64,000 nucleotides of DNA from Propionivibrio dicarboxylicus (GCA_945902805.1 CAMDMZ010000016.1:27420-91419), one strand, 5' to 3'; shown: positions 46,864 to 58,240, counted from the first letter of the stretch. Notes: a model not told the origin generated them from the sequence alone. Numbers and translations: made by a program.

Positions 46864-47637
46864 TCAAAGGCCTTTCAACCACGCCAAGCCTTCGACGGTC
46901 CCATTGACCGGTCGATATTCGCAACCCAGCCAACCCGTATAGCCAAGAGTGTCGAGCAGGCGAAACAGATACGGGTAGTTGATTTCGCCACGGTCCGGCT
47001 CGTTGCGCTCGGGAACACTGGCGATCTGGATGTGGCCGATATGCGGCAGGTAACGGCGAATCTTGGTGGCAAGATCGCCCTCGACAATCTGTGCGTGATA
47101 CAAATCCATCTGAACCTTGAGGTTTGGCGCGCCCACTTCCTCACGGATAGCATGTGCTTCGGCTTGTGTGTTGAGGAAGTAGCCGGGCATATCACGGGTG
47201 TTGATTGGCTCGATCAGCAGCATGAGCCCCTGCCGGGCGGCTGCAGTGGCCGCATGACGCAGGTTGACGATATAGGTTTTGCGGTGCAACTCGCGGTCGC
47301 CGTCCGCTGGCAACAGGCCGGCCATTACGTGCAGGCGCGGTGTGCCGAGCGCAATGGCGTACTCGATGGCACGGGCGACACCGGCACGAAATTCGGCTTC
47401 GCGCCCGGGCAGGCATGCCATGCCTCGCTCGCCGGCCGTCCAGTCGCCGGGCGGCATATTGAATAACACGTTGTCCAGACCGTTGCCCTTGAGCAAACCG
47501 GCAATCTCCTGCGGCGAATGCTCGTAAGGGAAGAGAAATTCGACGCCCTCAAACCCGGCCTTGGCCGCAGCCCCGAAGCGCTCCAGGAACGGGACTTCGG
47601 TGAACATCATCGTCAGATTGGCGGCGAACCGAGGCAT
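46864..47637 (-). CDS. hyi: hydroxypyruvate isomerase
   Basis: 257 aa. [22 protein letters not shown]-terminus, xylose-isomerase-like TIM barrel. Confidence 0.85.
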   Translation of the reverse strand: MPRFAANLTMMFTEVPFLERFGAAAKAGFEGVEFLFPYEHSPQEIAGLLKGNGLDNVLFNMPPGDWTAGERGMACLPGREAEFRAGVARAIEYAIALGTPRLHVMAGLLPADGDRELHRKTYIVNLRHAATAAARQGLMLLIEPINTRDMPGYFLNTQAEAHAIREEVGAPNLKVQMDLYHAQIVEGDLATKIRRYLPHIGHIQIASVPERNEPDRGEINYPYLFRLLDTLGYTGWLGCEYRPVNGTVEGLAWLKGL

Positions 47638-47671
47638 GACGTTTTCCTTTTTTGCCTATGTCGAACGGTCA

Positions 47672-47687
47672 TCAATCGCGCGATTGA
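47672..47687. promoter_or_regulatory. perfect 16-bp palindrome upstream of hyi
   Basis: TCAATCGCGCGATTGA, 35-50 nt upstream of the hyi ATG and 33 nt downstream of the kinase stop. Confidence 0.35.
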
Positions 47688-47719
47688 GATGGCGTCCCGC
47701 TATGGCGCCACCATGCGTT

Positions 47720-50281
47720 TCAGCGTGGCCGTGACAGCCACTTCAACAGCATGTCAAACAGCAGATTGGGCTTGATCGGCTTGCTCATGAAATCGCTCAT
47801 GCCGGCGGCAAAACATCGTTCCTTGTCCTCGGCAAAGGCATTTGCGGTCATGGCGATGATGGGCGTAGTGGCTGTCTGCGCCTGCAAGCGAATTTGCCGT
47901 GTGGCCTCAAGGCCATCCATCTTCGGCATCTGCATATCCATCAGAATCAGGTCATAGGTGCTTTCCTGTGCCCGGCGCACTGCCTCGTATCCATCGACGG
48001 CGGTATCGACCACCAGGTCCAAGCTTTCCAGAATCATGGTCGTGATCTCGCGATTGACCGGCTCGTCTTCGACGACCAGGATGCGGCAGCCAACGTAATC
48101 GTTGGCGATGATCACTTCCGGGTCGGTCACCGGTGACGGCTCGACGACTAATGGCGGCACCTTGCCCTTCTTGAGGCTGACGGAAAACCAGAAGGTGCTG
48201 CCCTTGCCCTCGACACTACTGGCACCAGCATCGCCGCCCATCAGCTTGGCCAATTTGCGTGTGATAGCCAAGCCCAGCCCCGTGCCACCGTACTGACGCG
48301 TGGTGCTTTGGTCCGCTTGTTCGAAAGCGGCAAAGAGTCGCGTGACCGTGGCAGGGTCGATGCCGATACCCGTATCCTCGACTTCAAAACGAATCATGGC
48401 CTGCGTATCGGATTGATGCAGCAGACGAGTACGCAGCGTGATGGTGCCGGCTCTGGTGAACTTGACTGCGTTTCCGACATAGTTGAGCAAGGCTTGCTGC
48501 AGGCGCGTTGGATCACCCATAAGACCCGGCGGCAGGTCGTCGGATTCGATTTGCATCGTGAGGTGCTTTTCACGTATCTGGTCACCCAGGATGGCGACGA
48601 TATTGGTGACGACCCGGTCGAGTCTAACGTCCGCCTCTTCCAGCACAAACTTGCCGGCCTCGATCTTCGACAGGTCAAGGATGGAATTCAGAATCTCCAG
48701 CAGGTGCTGGCTGGCGGTTTCAAGTTTGTCCAGTTGATCCGACTGCGATGCCGTCAAGCCGCCAGCACGAACCAAATGTGCCATGCCGCTGATGGCATTC
48801 AATGGCGTGCGGATTTCATGCGACATGTTGGCGAGAAACGCGCTCTTGGCGACATTGGCGGTTTCCGCTGCGTCTTTGGCGACCTGTAACTCGGCGGTGC
48901 GGTCATGGACAAGTTGTTCGAGCTGTGTCCGATGCAGTTCCAGTTCCTCGCGCGCGGCCTTCATTTCAGTGACATTGCGCGTGACCGAAAGAATGCAGGA
49001 AACGCCTTCGATGTCGATGATCGCTGCCGACATCAAACCCCAGAGTTTCGTCCCATCCTTGCGCACGAAGCGCGCTTCGAGGTTGCGGCATTCGCCGGTA
49101 TCCTGCAGCAACTTCACCAGATGTTTTCGGTCAGCTGGCTCGGCCCAGACGTTTAGTTCAAGTGAAGTGCGGCCGATCACGTCGTCCCGGTTGTAGCCGG
49201 TGATGTCGAGAAAGCCTTGATTGACATCGACAAACAGACCATCCGTGATGCGGTTGATGTTGATCGCATCGATGCCATTTTGAAAAGCTGCGCGGTAGCG
49301 TCGTTCGCTGGATTCCAGCGCGTGCTCCAGATGCTTGCGCTCGGTAATGTCTTCGTAGATGCCGAGAACACCGATCGTGTCGCCGCGCGCATTGCGCAGC
49401 GGCACTTTGGAAGTGCGCAACCAAATGGTTTGACCATCCGGCGTGCTTTGCGGCTCGTCGTAAGATAGCTTGGAAACGCCGGACTCCATCACCCGACGGT
49501 CGTCGGCGCGGTAGAGGTCGGCCTGTGCCGACCAGCCCATCACGTAATCGTCACGGCCGATAATTTCGCTGGGCCTTGATTTCCCTGCATCGCGGGCAAA
49601 GGCCGGGTTGCAGCCGAGGTACTTCAACTCGCGGTCTTTCCAAAACACCCGCATCGGCGCGGTATCGATCACCGTTTGCAGCAGGGCCTTGGATTCGGCG
49701 ACGGCGGCTTCGGACAGGCGCAGCGCATCGCGTTCGGCTTCCGACTGTTTGAGTGCCACGACCAGACTGGCGCGCGCATCGTCACGGTCGGATTCCAGCG
49801 CACGCGTCAGTTGTTCGCTGTCGCGGCAAAGCTGGATCGCCTTGGCCAGGTTGCGCAAGACCGGCTGAAATACTTCGGTCAGCGGCAAGTCGCTGGTCAC
49901 CGGTCCTGGCGCCAATAGCAGGATGGTGGTCGTGCCATCAACAGGTAAACGCAGGCAATGCGAGAAGGGGCGATTCCCTGGCAAGAGTGCCAGCAGTTCG
50001 CTATCGGCGAGTAATTCGACCTTGCCGAGCAACAGTGCCGACGGCAACTCCAAGGTGCGTCCGCGCTGATCCTGCAGTACATGGTCGCCGATCACGGCGG
50101 CCAACTGACCACGGACCTGGTTCGCACCTGCCACCTGATCCAGCACCACAAGACCGACGGGGAACGAGGTGTGATACAGCAGGCGCTGCAACACTCTGGT
50201 CAGCAGCGCATCCAGTCTGACTTCACTGCCGACAGTAAGCGTCAGATCATAGAGGACGGAAAGGATGTGCTCGCGGTTCAT
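47720..50281 (-). CDS. hybrid sensor histidine kinase/response regulator (GAF-like, PAS, HisKA, HATPase, REC)
   Basis: Start set at ATG 50281 ([13 protein letters not shown]), overlapping the FIST stop (ATGA). H-box [11 protein letters not shown], ATPase [24 protein letters not shown]. Confidence 0.85.
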   Translation of the reverse strand: MNREHILSVLYDLTLTVGSEVRLDALLTRVLQRLLYHTSFPVGLVVLDQVAGANQVRGQLAAVIGDHVLQDQRGRTLELPSALLLGKVELLADSELLALLPGNRPFSHCLRLPVDGTTTILLLAPGPVTSDLPLTEVFQPVLRNLAKAIQLCRDSEQLTRALESDRDDARASLVVALKQSEAERDALRLSEAAVAESKALLQTVIDTAPMRVFWKDRELKYLGCNPAFARDAGKSRPSEIIGRDDYVMGWSAQADLYRADDRRVMESGVSKLSYDEPQSTPDGQTIWLRTSKVPLRNARGDTIGVLGIYEDITERKHLEHALESSERRYRAAFQNGIDAININRITDGLFVDVNQGFLDITGYNRDDVIGRTSLELNVWAEPADRKHLVKLLQDTGECRNLEARFVRKDGTKLWGLMSAAIIDIEGVSCILSVTRNVTEMKAAREELELHRTQLEQLVHDRTAELQVAKDAAETANVAKSAFLANMSHEIRTPLNAISGMAHLVRAGGLTASQSDQLDKLETASQHLLEILNSILDLSKIEAGKFVLEEADVRLDRVVTNIVAILGDQIREKHLTMQIESDDLPPGLMGDPTRLQQALLNYVGNAVKFTRAGTITLRTRLLHQSDTQAMIRFEVEDTGIGIDPATVTRLFAAFEQADQSTTRQYGGTGLGLAITRKLAKLMGGDAGASSVEGKGSTFWFSVSLKKGKVPPLVVEPSPVTDPEVIIANDYVGCRILVVEDEPVNREITTMILESLDLVVDTAVDGYEAVRRAQESTYDLILMDMQMPKMDGLEATRQIRLQAQTATTPIIAMTANAFAEDKERCFAAGMSDFMSKPIKPNLLFDMLLKWLSRPR

Positions 50282-51435
50282 GTCCCCTGCCAGGGTGTGC
50301 ATACCAGGGTAGCGTTGTGGAACAGCGGATAACCCCAGGCCTGGGTGCTGCCGATTTCGCCGAGCGACAATGCACCCGCCATGTTGGCGACACCCGTAAG
50401 CGCATTGAGCGCGACGAGTTCGGTGGCCGCATCGTCGCCGAGGTGCATGCGCCGGCCGGCGCAATAGAAGGTCAGCAGTTGGCGATCATTCAAGCTGCCA
50501 TTGGCAGATTCGAGCCCTTGGCAAAGCTGGGAAATACACTGGCCGGCATTGGCTGTCGGTGCCCGCAGCAGCGCCAGGATCGCATTTTCCGGAACTTCGC
50601 CGACGCAATACAGCGAGCCGTCGTCGGTCAGTGCTACCGGAATGCGCACCACCACTTCCTGGTTGGCACGCAGGATACCGAACGGAAAATGCACGGCGTA
50701 CTGGTAGAAGTTTTCGCGCGTCAGCTCGATGCCGTACTCGGACTTGATGATCTCCTGATACACATCAAAAGCCGGTCGCCAGTCGATGCTGATCACCTGA
50801 TTGCCCGCCGTCGACGTCGCCGTCATCGCCCGCTGGGGTGTCGCATAACCGTGCTCCAGGACCGTGGTTGCCGTGCCCGGTAAGAGCAGAGCGAGAACGC
50901 CGTCACCGACAAGATGTTCGCTATCGAACAGGCAGGGCATGGGCTGGAAGGTTTCGCTACCGGCGTTCACCCCGGCGTAGTTCACACGATCGGCAAGCTG
51001 TAGATACAGCCCATCAAGAATGGTCGCAATATTGGGCACGAGGCCGTCAAACAGCAGGTAGAGCGTCGGCTTTACGGGGCCAGCACCGAGGCCGGAAAGT
51101 GTGGGCCGGATAGCGTTGGCAATCTTCTCTGCGGCGTCGGGGTCACCGCTATTCAGGTCGGGAATCAAAAAAGCGGGCGGTGCCTGATCAAGTAACAGCA
51201 ACCAGGCACCATCGGTGCGAAACCCCTGCGGTGTAACCAACGCAGGAAATATGCCACCGACCAGAGGCACACTGCGGGCTCGGCACGCCGCCTGCAGCAG
51301 GGACAATTTGTCTTTTTCCGCCTCGGGCAGCAAAGCGAGAATGCCCATCGTTGGATGAGAGGCTTGCCAGTCGGCAAGCGTCGAATCGATGAGCCCGGGC
51401 TCGATCGACAGGTGACGCATCGTTTGAGTAGCCAT
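50278..51435 (-). CDS. FIST-domain sensory protein
   Basis: Start set at ATG 51435 ([14 protein letters not shown]). FIST_N/FIST_C-like layout, no TM segment. Translationally coupled to the hybrid kinase. Confidence 0.7.
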   Translation of the reverse strand: MATQTMRHLSIEPGLIDSTLADWQASHPTMGILALLPEAEKDKLSLLQAACRARSVPLVGGIFPALVTPQGFRTDGAWLLLLDQAPPAFLIPDLNSGDPDAAEKIANAIRPTLSGLGAGPVKPTLYLLFDGLVPNIATILDGLYLQLADRVNYAGVNAGSETFQPMPCLFDSEHLVGDGVLALLLPGTATTVLEHGYATPQRAMTATSTAGNQVISIDWRPAFDVYQEIIKSEYGIELTRENFYQYAVHFPFGILRANQEVVVRIPVALTDDGSLYCVGEVPENAILALLRAPTANAGQCISQLCQGLESANGSLNDRQLLTFYCAGRRMHLGDDAATELVALNALTGVANMAGALSLGEIGSTQAWGYPLFHNATLVCTPWQGT

Positions 51436-51472
51436 CCGGCGATTATCCCTGAATTGACTCAAGCAGGTAGGC

Positions 51473-51499
51473 AAAAAAGTCGGTGCTGGCAGGACGGCG
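51473..51499 (-). repeat. dispersed repeat copy R10
   Basis: Plus strand reads AAAAAAGTCGGTGCTGGCAGGACGGCG, between the hemF stop and the FIST start. Confidence 0.85.
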
Positions 51500-51538
51500 T
51501 CACGCAGCTTGGTACCTTGGCACCTTGGCGCCGGCTCG

Positions 51539-52465
51539 CTACACCCAGTCGCGTGGTGGCAAGAAGTCGGAATAGAGCCTGGCTTCGGCGCTACCGGGTT
51601 CGGGCTGCCAGTCATAACGCCATTTGACGATAGGCGGCAGCGACATCAGGATCGACTCGGTGCGCCCGCCGGATTGCAGACCGAACAGCGTGCCGCGATC
51701 CCAAACCAGGTTGAACTCGACGTAGCGACCACGCCGGTAGGCCTGAAAGTCGCGTTCGTGTTCCGTGTAAGGCAATTCGCGACGGCGTTGCAGCAGGGGC
51801 AGATAGGCGCGGGTGAAACTGTTGCCGACGGCTTGCGTCAAGCCGAAGCACCGGTCAAATCCACCTTCATTGAGATCATCGTAAAAGATGCCGCCGACGC
51901 CGCGTGCTTCATTGCGGTGTTTGAGGAAAAAATACTCGTCGCACCATTTTTTGTAGCGGGCATGGACGTCGCCACCATCGCCACCATCGTCACCAAAGGG
52001 CGCCAGCGTGTCCTTGCAGGTCTGATGAAAATGCCGTGCGTCGTCTTCAAAGCCGTAGTACGGCGTCAGGTCCATACCGCCACCAAACCACCAGACGGGC
52101 GCCTCGGTTTCGTGCAGGGCAACGAAGCAGCGCACGTTCATGTGCGCGGTCGGGCAGTAGGGATTGCGCGGATGCAGCACCAGCGAGACACCCATCGCCT
52201 CCCAGCGCCGACCGGCCAGTTCGGGGCGATGCGCGGTAGCCGAGGGCGGTAGTTTGTCGCCCATCACATGCGAGAAATTGACACCGCCGCGTTCGAACAG
52301 TTTGCCTTCTTCGATCAGCCGCGAAATACCACCGCCGCCGGCGGGGCGATCCCAGGAATCGGTACGGAAAGGCAGCCCGTCGGCGGTCTCGAGTTCGGCG
52401 ACGATGCGCGCTTGCAGACCGATGAACCAGTCCTTCAGTGCCGGGATGTCGATCGCGTCAGACAT
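51539..52465 (-). CDS. hemF: oxygen-dependent coproporphyrinogen III oxidase
   Basis: 308 aa. Motifs [28 protein letters not shown]. Confidence 0.9.
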   Translation of the reverse strand: MSDAIDIPALKDWFIGLQARIVAELETADGLPFRTDSWDRPAGGGGISRLIEEGKLFERGGVNFSHVMGDKLPPSATAHRPELAGRRWEAMGVSLVLHPRNPYCPTAHMNVRCFVALHETEAPVWWFGGGMDLTPYYGFEDDARHFHQTCKDTLAPFGDDGGDGGDVHARYKKWCDEYFFLKHRNEARGVGGIFYDDLNEGGFDRCFGLTQAVGNSFTRAYLPLLQRRRELPYTEHERDFQAYRRGRYVEFNLVWDRGTLFGLQSGGRTESILMSLPPIVKWRYDWQPEPGSAEARLYSDFLPPRDWV

Positions 52466-52970
52466 CGGACAAGGTCATGGCAAGGACTTTTTCGCTCTGG
52501 CGAGTGCGGAAATCATTGAGCTTCTGTGCCAGATCGCGGCCGAGTTCGTCGTTGGCGGTGGCGATGATGGCGATGGCAGTGAGTGCGGCATTGGCGGCAC
52601 CCGCTTCACCGATGGCGAAGGTGGCGACGGGGATGCCTTTGGGCATTTGCACGATCGAGAGCAAGGAGTCGAGGCCGTTCAGATGCTTCGACGGCACGGG
52701 CACGCCAAGCACCGGGACGATGGTTTTGGCCGCCAGCATGCCGGGCAGATGGGCGGCACCGCCGGCGCCGGCAATGATGGCGCGCAGGTCGCGTTCCTGC
52801 GCCACGGCGGCGTAGTCGAACAGCAGGTCGGGCGTGCGATGGGCGGAGACGACCTTGGCCTCGTAAGGCACGCCGAATTCCTTGAGCATGGCGGCGGCGG
52901 CCTGCATGATGGGCCAGTCGGAATCCGAGCCCATGACGATACCTACCAAGGGGCGACCTGATGGCTTCAC
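52458..52970 (-). CDS. purE: 5-(carboxyamino)imidazole ribonucleotide mutase
   Basis: 170 aa, GTG start overlapping the folD stop (GTGA). Motifs [27 protein letters not shown]. Confidence 0.9.
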   Translation of the reverse strand: MKPSGRPLVGIVMGSDSDWPIMQAAAAMLKEFGVPYEAKVVSAHRTPDLLFDYAAVAQERDLRAIIAGAGGAAHLPGMLAAKTIVPVLGVPVPSKHLNGLDSLLSIVQMPKGIPVATFAIGEAGAANAALTAIAIIATANDELGRDLAQKLNDFRTRQSEKVLAMTLSDV

Positions 52971-53830
52971 TTGAGCGTCCTTTCCGCCGATTCCATGGTG
53001 TTGGTGAGCAACATGGTGATGGTCATCGGGCCGACACCGCCGGGTACCGGCGTGATGAGACCGGCGACGTCTTTCGCGGTTTCGAAGTCCACGTCACCGC
53101 ACAGCTTGCCGGCATTCGGTCCACTGGCGAAACGATTCATGCCGACATCGATCACCGTCGCGCCGGGCTTGATCATGTCGCCGGTAATCATGCGTTCCTT
53201 GCCCACGGCGGCGACCAGAATATCGGCGCGGCGGGTGTGGAAAGCCAGATCCTTCGACCGCGAATGGCAAATCGTGACCGTGGCGCTTTGCGCTAGCAGC
53301 AGCATGGCCATCGGCTTGCCAACAATATTACTGCGGCCGACTACCACGGCTTCGGCGCCGGCAATCTTGACGCCTTCACTCTCCAGCATCTTCATCACGC
53401 CGTAGGGCGTGCAGGGAATGAAACGCGGATTCCCCTGCATCAGCGCGCCGACGTTCTCGGCGTGGAATCCGTCCACGTCCTTGGCGGGTGAAATTGCCTC
53501 GAGCACCGCCTCGGAATCAAAGTGCTTGGGCAAGGGCAGTTGCACGAGGATGCCATGCACACTGGCATCGGCATTCAGCTCGGCGATCTTGGCGAATACG
53601 ACCGCCGGTTCGACATCGGTCGGGTACACGAACTTCAACGAACGCATGCCGGTCTTTTCGCAGCCGGCCACCTTGTTGCGCACATAGACGGCGGAAGCCG
53701 GATCTTCGCCGACCAGAAGCACCGCCAGGCAGGGCGTCACGCCGCGTTCTTTCAGGGCAGCGGCACGTTCCGCCAGACCACCACGCACGCTTGCCGACAG
53801 GGCGACGCCATCGATAATCCGCGCCGTCAT
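52967..53830 (-). CDS. folD: bifunctional methylenetetrahydrofolate dehydrogenase/cyclohydrolase
   Basis: 287 aa. Motifs [34 protein letters not shown]. Confidence 0.9.
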   Translation of the reverse strand: MTARIIDGVALSASVRGGLAERAAALKERGVTPCLAVLLVGEDPASAVYVRNKVAGCEKTGMRSLKFVYPTDVEPAVVFAKIAELNADASVHGILVQLPLPKHFDSEAVLEAISPAKDVDGFHAENVGALMQGNPRFIPCTPYGVMKMLESEGVKIAGAEAVVVGRSNIVGKPMAMLLLAQSATVTICHSRSKDLAFHTRRADILVAAVGKERMITGDMIKPGATVIDVGMNRFASGPNAGKLCGDVDFETAKDVAGLITPVPGGVGPMTITMLLTNTMESAERTLK

Positions 53831-53847
53831 GCCAGCACCGACTTTTT
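53822..53847 (+). repeat. dispersed repeat copy R11, straddling the iorB stop and folD start
   Basis: CGCCGTCATGCCAGCACCGACTTTTT. The minus strand reads ...E-K-K-S-V-L-A-stop for iorB, and the folD ATG lies in the same ATGA. Confidence 0.8.
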
Positions 53848-54453
53848 CTCGTGCGCGGCGGCGGCATCGGCCGACCGACCGGCTTCGAAGGCACGACGAT
53901 TGAGTTCGACCATTTGCGGTTTGCGCGCGCGGAAGCGTTTGAGAATCGATTCCAGCAGGACCTCGGAAGGAAACGGCAGATGGTCGGCCATGGCGCCGAG
54001 CATGACGGTGTTGCCTAGGCGCACATCGCCCAGATCCATCGCAATTTCCATGGCGTCGAAGGCGTGCACCTCGAATCCACGGGCGCGAATTTCAGCCAGT
54101 GGATCGTCCGGATAGTCGTAAAGACCGATATCGACCACCGGCGGCACCAGGCGCGCGGTATTCATCAGCACCAGGCTGCCGGGCTTCAGGTAGTGGCACC
54201 AGCGCAGGGTTTCGGCGGATTCAAAACCGACCAGCAGATCGGCCGTGCCGGCCATGATTTGCGGCGAGAGCACCTTGGGGCCAAAACGCAGATGCGAAGA
54301 AACCACACCGCCACGTTGCGCCATACCGGCAACTTCGGTTTTCTTGACATCGTGACCGAGCGCGATGGCGGCTTCTGCCAGAATCTCGGTGGCGGTCATG
54401 ACGCCCTGGCCGCCGATGCCGACGACGAGAATGTTGGTGATGTTATCTGTCAT
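53827..54453 (-). CDS. iorB: indolepyruvate:ferredoxin oxidoreductase beta subunit
   Basis: 208 aa. N-terminal [12 protein letters not shown] pattern of the 2-oxoacid:Fd oxidoreductase gamma-type domain. Confidence 0.8.
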   Translation of the reverse strand: MTDNITNILVVGIGGQGVMTATEILAEAAIALGHDVKKTEVAGMAQRGGVVSSHLRFGPKVLSPQIMAGTADLLVGFESAETLRWCHYLKPGSLVLMNTARLVPPVVDIGLYDYPDDPLAEIRARGFEVHAFDAMEIAMDLGDVRLGNTVMLGAMADHLPFPSEVLLESILKRFRARKPQMVELNRRAFEAGRSADAAAAHEKKSVLA

Positions 54454-54462
54454 ATCGGGTTC

Positions 54463-56322
54463 TCAGTGACGGACCAGGCGCATCGGCTTGGTCAGGTCGG
54501 CATGGACGATGGCGTCCGGGGCACAAGGTTGCACACACAGCGTGCAGCCAGTGCACACCGACGTCTCGATGCGCACAAATTGCAGTTCAACTTCCTTGCC
54601 ACTCGGCTTGATCACCTTCTCGCGCCGCGTGACGTGAATCGCCGGACAGCCGACATCGACGCAATTGCCGCAGCCGGTGCATTTGTCGTCGATGACTTCG
54701 TAGGGTTTCTGCTTCTTGTAGTCGTCGATCAGAACGCAAGGCTGATCGGTGATGATCACCGACACCTCGGGAATCTTGATCTCGTCGCGGATAGTCTTGA
54801 ACAACGCCGGCAGGATGTAGGGATCGACGACGTGGATGCGTTCCTTCTTGACGCCCAGCGATTCAACCAGCTGGGCGAAGTTGACGCGCGGCGCCTCGTC
54901 GCCGTGGATGTCGCGCCCCGTTCCGGGATTCGACTGGCCACCGGTCATGCCAACGGCGCGGTTGTCGAGCAGCAAGACGGTGACGTTGCCGCCGTTGTAG
55001 ACGATGTCGAGCAGGCCCTGCATGCCCATGTGCAGGAAGGTCGAATCACCGATCACCGCGAGAATGCGCTTGTCCTTATCGGACTCGCCACGGCCCTTGT
55101 CAAGCCCGAGCGCAATGCCCATCGAGGCGCCCATCGAGATGGTGGTGTCGAGCGCGTTCCACGGGTGGCCGGCACCGAGCGTGTAGCAGCCGATGTCGCC
55201 GGAGATGGTGAGGTTCTTGATCTGCGCCAGCGTGTAATAGACGCCCAGATGCGGGCAGGCCACGCACATGGTCGGCGGACGCGGAAAGACCTTGGCGGCC
55301 GGCGTGATGCCCTCGGGCACTGGCTCGCCGAGCAGCTTGGCAATCGCGGGCTTGAGCACGTTTGGGGCCAGTTCGCCTTGGCGCGGCAGGATTTCCTTGC
55401 CCAGACAATTGATGCCGGCGGCCTTGAGCTCGAGTTCGACCAGCGGTTCAACTTCTTCAGCCACCACCAATAGCTCGACCGTCGCCGCGAAGGCGCGAAT
55501 CTTCTCCAGCGGCACCGGGCACGAGAAGCCAAGCTTCAGCACCGGCGCATCCGGAAAGCTCTCGCGCACATGCATGTAAGCCGGTCCCGAGGTGACAAAA
55601 CCGACACGTTTGTCCTTACCGTTGTCGATCAGGTTCCAGGGCGAAATCTCGGCCTCGGCACGCAACGTGATGTCGCGCTCGAACATCATGGGAATTCGTT
55701 TGCTGGCGCCGGCCGGCGTCATCACCCAGCGCGCCGGATCTTTCTTGAAGCCGCTGGACGGATACGCCTGCCGTTCGCCCACCGTCACCAATCCCTTGAC
55801 GTGATTGATGCGCGTGGTCATACGCAGGATGACGGGAACCTGGAACTTTTCAGAGAAGTCGAAAGCCGCCTTGGTCATCTCGTAGGCTTCCTGCGAATCG
55901 GCCGGCTCAAACAGCGGAATGTGCGCAAAGCGGCCCCAGTAACGCGAGTCCTGCTCGTTTTGCGAGGAAGACAATCCGACGTCGTCGGCAATGGCGATCA
56001 CCAAACCACCAGCCACGCCGGTCAGCGTCAAGGTCATCAGGGCATCGGAGGCGACGTTCATGCCCACATGCTTCATGCAGCAAAACGAGCGCGAACCGGC
56101 AAAAGCGGCGCCGATGGCCACCTCCAGCGAAACCTTTTCATTCACCGACCACTCGGTATAGATATCGGGGTAAGTGGCGATGACTTCGAGCATCTCGGTG
56201 GACGGAGTGCCGGGATAAGCGGCGGCAACACGCACGCCAGATTCCCAGACAGCACGGGCAACCGCTTCGTTACCGGAAAGAAGGACGCGCGTAGCGCTGG
56301 GCACGGGTAACACTGCAGCCAT
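54463..56322 (-). CDS. iorA: indolepyruvate:ferredoxin oxidoreductase alpha subunit
   Basis: 619 aa. TPP-binding GDSTF...N motif region and two 4Fe-4S motifs: CTGCGNCVDVGCP and CTGCTLCVQPCAP. Confidence 0.85.
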   Translation of the reverse strand: MAAVLPVPSATRVLLSGNEAVARAVWESGVRVAAAYPGTPSTEMLEVIATYPDIYTEWSVNEKVSLEVAIGAAFAGSRSFCCMKHVGMNVASDALMTLTLTGVAGGLVIAIADDVGLSSSQNEQDSRYWGRFAHIPLFEPADSQEAYEMTKAAFDFSEKFQVPVILRMTTRINHVKGLVTVGERQAYPSSGFKKDPARWVMTPAGASKRIPMMFERDITLRAEAEISPWNLIDNGKDKRVGFVTSGPAYMHVRESFPDAPVLKLGFSCPVPLEKIRAFAATVELLVVAEEVEPLVELELKAAGINCLGKEILPRQGELAPNVLKPAIAKLLGEPVPEGITPAAKVFPRPPTMCVACPHLGVYYTLAQIKNLTISGDIGCYTLGAGHPWNALDTTISMGASMGIALGLDKGRGESDKDKRILAVIGDSTFLHMGMQGLLDIVYNGGNVTVLLLDNRAVGMTGGQSNPGTGRDIHGDEAPRVNFAQLVESLGVKKERIHVVDPYILPALFKTIRDEIKIPEVSVIITDQPCVLIDDYKKQKPYEVIDDKCTGCGNCVDVGCPAIHVTRREKVIKPSGKEVELQFVRIETSVCTGCTLCVQPCAPDAIVHADLTKPMRLVRH

Positions 56323-56455
56323 GAAAGCCTCGACTAATGAATGGAATTACGAAAAACTAACCTGCGCCGGGAAACACCGCCCTGACGCAGGTCAACAGAC
56401 CTGCATTATCCGAAAAAACATCTGCCAAGTCGATGACTTGCCCCGGAGTCGAGGC

Positions 56456-56482
56456 AGAAAGTCGGTTCTGGTGGGACGGCGC
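56456..56482 (-). repeat. dispersed repeat copy R12 (degenerate)
   Basis: Plus strand reads AGAAAGTCGGTTCTGGTGGGACGGCGC, in the iorA / radical-SAM divergent spacer. Confidence 0.6.
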
Positions 56483-56521
56483 CAAATTGCCGATTCAGCC
56501 AGGTGCTAGCATTCACACCCC

Positions 56522-57583
56522 ATGCAAATTGACCAAATACGCCATTTCCTGCGCGACCGGGGTGCCAAGACCTGTCATGAAGAACGGGTGTTGCGTGCCT
56601 GGCTTCAGGCGGCGGCACTGAACAGCGGCAAGGTCGCTGCCGAGAATTTTTTCCCTCTACCCGTGCGGACTGGGCTTGCTGAACTGGAAACGCAGTTGGC
56701 GAGCCTTTTGCGAGTGGTGTCGGAGCATACCGGCGCCGACGGCTCAGTGCGTCTGCTCTTGGCCCTTGCTGACGGGCAGACTCTGGAAACGGTGCTCCTG
56801 CCCGGTGACGGTGTGTGCGTATCAACCCAGGTGGGTTGCGCCGTCGGTTGTGTGTTCTGCATGACCGGCAAGGATGGCTTGCTGCGCCAGTTGGGAAGTG
56901 CCGAGATCGTAGCCCAAGTGGTCCTAGCGCGGGCGCGGCGGCCAGTCAGGCGCGTGGTCTTTATGGGCATGGGCGAGCCGGCACACAACATGGATAACGT
57001 ACTTGAGGCGATCCATCTGTTGGGCTCCTGCGGTGCGATCGGCCACAAGAACCTAGTGTTCTCGACGGTGGGTGATCATCGCGTGTTCGATCGGCTGCCG
57101 CAGGAATCGGTGAAACCGGCACTCGCCCTGTCGCTGCACTCGACACGTGCGGAACTGCGCGCACAACTGCTGCCAAAGGCGCCACGGATCGATCCGGCGG
57201 AACTGGTCGAACTCGGCGAGACTTACGCCCGCGCCACGGCGTATCCGATTCAGTACCAATGGACGCTGCTGGAAGGCATCAATGATAGCGACGATGAGCT
57301 TGCCGGGCTGGTGAAGTTGCTCGCCGGGAAATACGCGCTGATGAACTTCATTCCCTATAACGCGGTAGACGGCGGTGGCACCCTGGGTTTCCGTCGCCCA
57401 TCGACCGAGCGGGCCATGAGCATGACTCGTTATCTTCAGCAGCACGGCATCGTCGCCGCACTGCGCCAGTCTGCAGGGCAGGATGTCGATGGCGGCTGCG
57501 GCCAACTGCGCGTGCGCGAAATCAGTCCACCGGAAGCCTCAACCGGCACGTCAACGCATAGCCATCAGCTATCACGCAGATGA
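56522..57583 (+). CDS. radical-SAM RNA methyltransferase of the RlmN/Cfr family
   Basis: 353 aa. CVSTQVGCAVGCVFCMTG (CxxxCxxC) and the C-terminal GQDVDGGCGQL motif. Confidence 0.75.
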   Translation: MQIDQIRHFLRDRGAKTCHEERVLRAWLQAAALNSGKVAAENFFPLPVRTGLAELETQLASLLRVVSEHTGADGSVRLLLALADGQTLETVLLPGDGVCVSTQVGCAVGCVFCMTGKDGLLRQLGSAEIVAQVVLARARRPVRRVVFMGMGEPAHNMDNVLEAIHLLGSCGAIGHKNLVFSTVGDHRVFDRLPQESVKPALALSLHSTRAELRAQLLPKAPRIDPAELVELGETYARATAYPIQYQWTLLEGINDSDDELAGLVKLLAGKYALMNFIPYNAVDGGGTLGFRRPSTERAMSMTRYLQQHGIVAALRQSAGQDVDGGCGQLRVREISPPEASTGTSTHSHQLSRR

Positions 57584-57598
57584 AAACAAACTATTAGA

Positions 57599-57635
57599 GT
57601 TATTTCTCCGTCGCGAATAACATTCATCCCGTCGC
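57599..57635 (+). promoter_or_regulatory. candidate regulator-binding region upstream of ahpC
   Basis: Inverted GTTATT...GAATAAC (57599-57621) plus direct repeat CCGTCGC at 57608 and 57629 (21-nt spacing), 40-80 nt upstream of the ahpC ATG. Confidence 0.3.
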
Positions 57636-57676
57636 AGATTTATTCCCCACCAATAACCACGCAAGGAGATTCCCCC

Positions 57677-58240
57677 ATGTCCCTGATCAACACCACCGTT
57701 CAACCGTTCAAGGCCCAGGCCTTCCACAATGGCAAGTTCATCGAAGTGACCGAAGCCAGCCTCAAGGGCAAGTGGTCCGTCGTGATCTTCATGCCGGCCG
57801 CCTTCACCTTCAACTGCCCGACCGAAATCGAGGACGCCGCCAACAACTACGCCGAGTTCCAGAAGGCCGGCGCCGAGGTGTACATCGTTACCACCGACAC
57901 GCATTTCTCGCACAAGGTTTGGCACGAGACCTCGCCTGCCGTTGGCAAGGCCCAGTTCCCGCTGGTTGGCGATCCGACCCACGCCCTGACCCGCGCCTTC
58001 GATGTGCATATCGACGAAGAAGGCCTGGCCCTGCGCGGCACCTTCGTGATCAATCCTGATGGCGTGATCAAGACCCTGGAAATCCACTCCAACGAAATCG
58101 CCCGTGACGTTTCCGAGACCCTGCGCAAGCTGAAGGCCGCCCAATACACCGCCTCGCACCCGGGCGAAGTCTGCCCCGCCAAGTGGAAGGAAGGCGCGAA
58201 GACCCTGGCTCCGTCGCTGGACCTGGTCGGCAAGATCTAA
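57677..58240 (+). CDS. ahpC: alkyl hydroperoxide reductase subunit C (2-Cys peroxiredoxin)
   Basis: 187 aa. FTFNCPTE peroxidatic Cys and EVCPAKW resolving Cys. GGAGA SD upstream. Confidence 0.95.
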   Translation: MSLINTTVQPFKAQAFHNGKFIEVTEASLKGKWSVVIFMPAAFTFNCPTEIEDAANNYAEFQKAGAEVYIVTTDTHFSHKVWHETSPAVGKAQFPLVGDPTHALTRAFDVHIDEEGLALRGTFVINPDGVIKTLEIHSNEIARDVSETLRKLKAAQYTASHPGEVCPAKWKEGAKTLAPSLDLVGKI

